Of a DNA stretch of 64,000 nt, positions 60,839 through 64,000 are shown one piece after another; position 1 is the first letter of the stretch; every line of letters begins with the position of its first letter. Below the pieces are notes generated by a model. The model did not search any database and was not told where the DNA came from. It was given only the letters and a program-made list of their open reading frames with translations. This DNA comes from Terriglobia bacterium. Lineage in GTDB: Bacteria; Acidobacteriota; Terriglobia; 20CM-2-55-15. Position numbers and translations under genes: made by a program. The DNA is taken from positions 96,001 to 160,000 of the forward strand of contig CBDAOY010000008.1 in assembly GCA_965198225.1 (NCBI GenBank). Direction: 5' to 3'.

Positions 60839-62431
60839 ATGAGTAAACCGAGGCTTCACCACGACCGCAACGCGACCGGGGAGACCGGTCGGCCCCAGGA
60901 CCAGGAGGTTTCCCGCCGCTGGTTCCTCAATCGCATGGCCTGGGTCTCATCGGCGACGGCAACAGGCACACTCCTGGCGAAGATCCCGGCCACCGCCAGC
61001 CCGCGAGGGGCCGGCGTCACCGAAGAAGCCTTCGCGTCCTCCGTGCGCCCCCAGGCGCTGGACGATCTCACCGAGCTGACGCTGTCGGAGACGATGTCGC
61101 TCGTTCGGAACGGGACGCTCGTTCCGGCCGATCTCGTCAATGCCTATGTGGACCGGATTGAGGCCTACGACGAAATCTACCAGGCCTACGCGGCCCGGCC
61201 AGCACGCGAAGATCTGCTCGCTCAGGCTGAGCGAATCCCTGCCGGCGGCATCAACTCCCTTCTGCGCGGGACCTGTTTCACTCCGAAGGATAATTTCTAC
61301 ACCGCGGACCTGCTGACCGAGGGAGGTTCACTGGTCTTCGAAGGCTTCCAGCCCGACTACGACGCGACCGTTGTTTCGCTGGTTCGCGCGGCCGGCGGAC
61401 TGGTGGTGGGTAAGGCTCAGATGGGGAACCTGGCCGGTGGACGTGCCCGCCGGTATGGCACGACGATTCCCACGACGCGAAACGCCTGGGCGCCAAACCA
61501 CCCGGACTACAGCCCCGCCGGGTCTTCTTCAGGGACCGGCACCGCGGTCGCGGCGCGCCTGGCGGTTGTGGGCGTCGGCACGCAAACAGGTGGGTCGGTG
61601 ATCGGTCCGGGCAACGCCCAGGGACTCACGTGCATCAAGCCGACGTTCGGCCGCATCTCGCTTCACGGGGTCATCCCACTGAGCCTGACCCGGGACCACG
61701 TCGGTCCGATGGCGCGCGATGCCTTGGACGCGGCAATCCTGCTCCAGGTACTCGCCAAGCCCGATCCGCACGATCCCCGGACCCTCGGGCTGCCCGCCCC
61801 TCCAAACTACGCCCTGGCCGCTACACCGTTCGGCGGAGAACGCCCACGGGTGCGATGGCCCACCCGGATCGGCATCTGGCCGGAATACCTGTCCGACGAC
61901 AACGAGCGCGTGAACGAGCTGCGCCGCACCTTCATCGCTGAGCTGGAGCAGAATCCGTCGGTCGAGGTCGTGCCCGACGTCACGCTGCCCGAGGAGTGGG
62001 AGGAGCTGACGTCGAGCCCGCTCGGCGGATCGCACGGGGACCCGACTGCCTTCTTCATCGAGCATCTCCGGAAGGACGTGAGGAACTTCGCCGACCGGCT
62101 GCCGCGGTTCCTGAACGGCATGCTGCAGAGCGCCGATACTTACGTGAAGGTCCAGCAGGCCCGTCACCTGCTCCTGCACCGGATGCTCACCCAGCTCTTC
62201 AACCAGTGTGACGTGGTGCTGACGAGATCGACCGGTCCTTTCGACGGGACCGGACTGCCTGTGATGTGCATGCCGATCGGTTTCGACACGGATGAAGACA
62301 GCGGCCGAAGGGTTCCCCGGGGTGTGGTGATGGCCGCGCCGCCGTTCGGTGAGGAAAGGCTCCTGGCAGTCGCGGCGGCCTACCAGGCCGTCACCGACTT
62401 CCACCGCGAGCGGCCCGAGGATCCAGTGTAG
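60839..62431 (+). CDS. amidase-signature family enzyme with Tat signal
   Basis: SRRWFL; PKDN (Lys), GSSSG, GTQTGGS (nucleophile Ser), KPTFGRIS, DHVGPMAR. Confidence 0.9.
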   Translation: MSKPRLHHDRNATGETGRPQDQEVSRRWFLNRMAWVSSATATGTLLAKIPATASPRGAGVTEEAFASSVRPQALDDLTELTLSETMSLVRNGTLVPADLVNAYVDRIEAYDEIYQAYAARPAREDLLAQAERIPAGGINSLLRGTCFTPKDNFYTADLLTEGGSLVFEGFQPDYDATVVSLVRAAGGLVVGKAQMGNLAGGRARRYGTTIPTTRNAWAPNHPDYSPAGSSSGTGTAVAARLAVVGVGTQTGGSVIGPGNAQGLTCIKPTFGRISLHGVIPLSLTRDHVGPMARDALDAAILLQVLAKPDPHDPRTLGLPAPPNYALAATPFGGERPRVRWPTRIGIWPEYLSDDNERVNELRRTFIAELEQNPSVEVVPDVTLPEEWEELTSSPLGGSHGDPTAFFIEHLRKDVRNFADRLPRFLNGMLQSADTYVKVQQARHLLLHRMLTQLFNQCDVVLTRSTGPFDGTGLPVMCMPIGFDTDEDSGRRVPRGVVMAAPPFGEERLLAVAAAYQAVTDFHRERPEDPV

Positions 62432-62521
62432 GGAGCGACATTCCGTGCAAGCTCTACCACGGCATCCAAATCCGAAACTCCGCGTTTTCGGGCGCGAGAA
62501 CTTATTCCGACCCCATCTTTT

Positions 62522-62625
62522 GTGTAGGTGCGGTCTATGACCGCACGTTCTTCGAATGGCGACGATGTGCGCTCATAGAGCGCACCTACACCCCATCCTG
62601 ATGTCCGGCATAGACCGCACCTACA
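62522..62625. repeat. REP doublet plus half REP
   Basis: gtgtaggtgcggtctatgaccgcac...gagcgcacctacac; catagaccgcacctac. Confidence 0.88.
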
Positions 62626-62734
62626 ATTTCCTGAAAACTCTCGCCTTCCGGGGGGAGCAACAACGGCTCGTGAGAAATGCGGGCTATGAGGTCCGTCAGC
62701 GCATGGATTCAGCCGAGAGCCGGACCGAGCAGTA

Positions 62735-63305
62735 GTGCGTGCCTGGCAGCACGCGTTTCCGGCGGGTTAAAGTCCCGCTCGGCCCGAGGCCACGGGTCGA
62801 TATCCAACAAGTGGGGGTAATGCCTCACTGGCCGAAGTGTAGACAGGTAGTGCAGATGCCTAAACGGGCACGAAGGCGAAAGCCGGATACGGCCAAGGCA
62901 AAGCTGGAGCCAGCTACGGAAACTTTGGAGGGCAGGGCGCCCACCGCGAGGTGGGGTCTGAAGGGCATGAGGAGAACCACCGGGTCGTAATCGACGGGAG
63001 CCATCCCGAGGATGAACCGGTCGGCCAAAGATGGGGAATGGTCGAGCCCGCACTATTGGGGCGAAGGCGCATTGGTTCCACCCCATCGCACCAAGGTGTG
63101 TGCGGGCGACACGGTGGAGAAGAGACGCGAGTGACCCAGGGAGGCCTGGTATCGTCCGGGCGGAAGGTAAGGTCGAGATGATGTGGCACCCGCAGACGAA
63201 AGGGCGGGCAACCGAGAAGACAAACATCGACCTAGAGCCCTGCGCGGTAGGTGCGGATATAAGCGAGAGCGAAATTCCGGCCATCAGGAATCGGATCGGG
63301 GAATA
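62735..63305 (+). mobile_element. group II intron 5' region, copy 1 (interrupted)
   Basis: Starts GTGCG, then a hairpin and gggttaaagtccc; purine-rich, non-coding. Confidence 0.7.
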
Positions 63306-64000
63306 GTGCGTGCCTGGCAGCACGCGTTTCCGGCGGGTTAAAGTCCCGCTCGGCCCGAGGCCACGGGTCGATATCCAACAAGTGGGGGTAATGCCTTGGC
63401 CGAAGTGTAGACAGGTAGTGCAGATGCCTAAACGGGCACGAAGGCGAAAGCCGGATACGAGGCAAAGCTGGAGCCAGCTACGGAAACTTTGGAGGGCAGG
63501 GCGCCCACCCGAGTCTGAAGGGCATGAGGAGAACCACCGGGTCGTAATCGACGGGAGCCATCCCGAGGATGACCGGTCGGCCGTCGAGCCCGCTATTGGG
63601 GCGCGCATTGGATCGCACCAAGGTGTGTGCGGGCGACGGTGGAGAAGAGACGCGAGTGACCCGGCCTGGTATCGTCCGGGCGGAAGGTAAGGTCGAGATG
63701 ATGGCACCCGCAGACGAAAGGGCGGGCAACCGGATCGACCTAGAGCCCTGCGCGGTAGGTGCGGATATAAGCGAGAGGAAATTCCGGCCGACGCGGTGTC
63801 AGGAATCGGATCGGGGAATAGTACTCAGGAACGAGACGGCAAACATCCAAAAGGCCCGTTGGAGGGGGAAGTCCCCGTACTCGTGAATGTGCGAGCGATG
63901 GGAAACGCGGAGATATCGTGGAACTTGGATAGTTCCCTTCGCGGTACGAACGAAGCCGAGCCACACAGCGGCAACTGAGGAAAGCGCTTGCGGGAAAACC
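63306..64000 (+). mobile_element. group II intron 5' region, copy 2, running off the window end
   Basis: Same GTGCG start as copy 1, differing by multiple indels; no RT ORF or domain V within the window. Confidence 0.7.

Noticed and set aside
62660-62690. ctcgtgagaaatgcgggct as an IS terminal repeat
   Set aside because: It resembles an IS end, but no partner repeat or transposase is visible in the window.
62709-63978. ORFs in the terminal repeat region
   Set aside because: They lie within duplicated intron RNA sequence, the indels between copies do not preserve frame, and there are no RT motifs.

Overview
GC-rich bacterial window, probably Acidobacteriota. This is inferred from paired acidobacterial-type VWA genes, a DUF1549/1553-DUF1501 pair and kinase-beta-propeller paralogues. 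0-21 kb is mostly core genome: aminotransferase, two exported creatininase-family paralogues, mutY, a radical SAM gene, an amidohydrolase, two VWA genes, kdsB-pyrG-kdsA-kdsC, a DUF1549/DUF1501/Ig-repeat operon and a nitrilase, with GTAG-type REP doublets and a ~270-bp MITE-like element between genes. The main find is at 21.4-30.3 kb: a compact RiPP biosynthetic cluster. It has a Nif11-leader, double-glycine precursor (predicted core AGISGPGKISGIGGVDIPTTESAIKWARCW), four consecutive radical SAM enzymes (two cobalamin-dependent, one SPASM, one short twitch-like), a GT-A-fold glycosyltransferase-like gene and two Fe(II)/2-oxoglutarate-type oxygenases. I do not recognise this combination as a described RiPP class. 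Directly downstream are tRNA-Gly(CCC) and a frameshifted tyrosine integrase, which open a decaying island. The island holds a divergent array of Ser/Thr kinase-TM-beta-propeller genes (one intact, the rest broken), an IS6 remnant, a DUF433/DUF5615 toxin-antitoxin pair and a second integrase remnant. 52-62.5 kb carries an outer-membrane DUF5916 protein and catabolic genes, several with export signals. The window ends in two tandem copies of a group II intron 5' region. All family assignments come from motif recognition by eye; no database searches were run.
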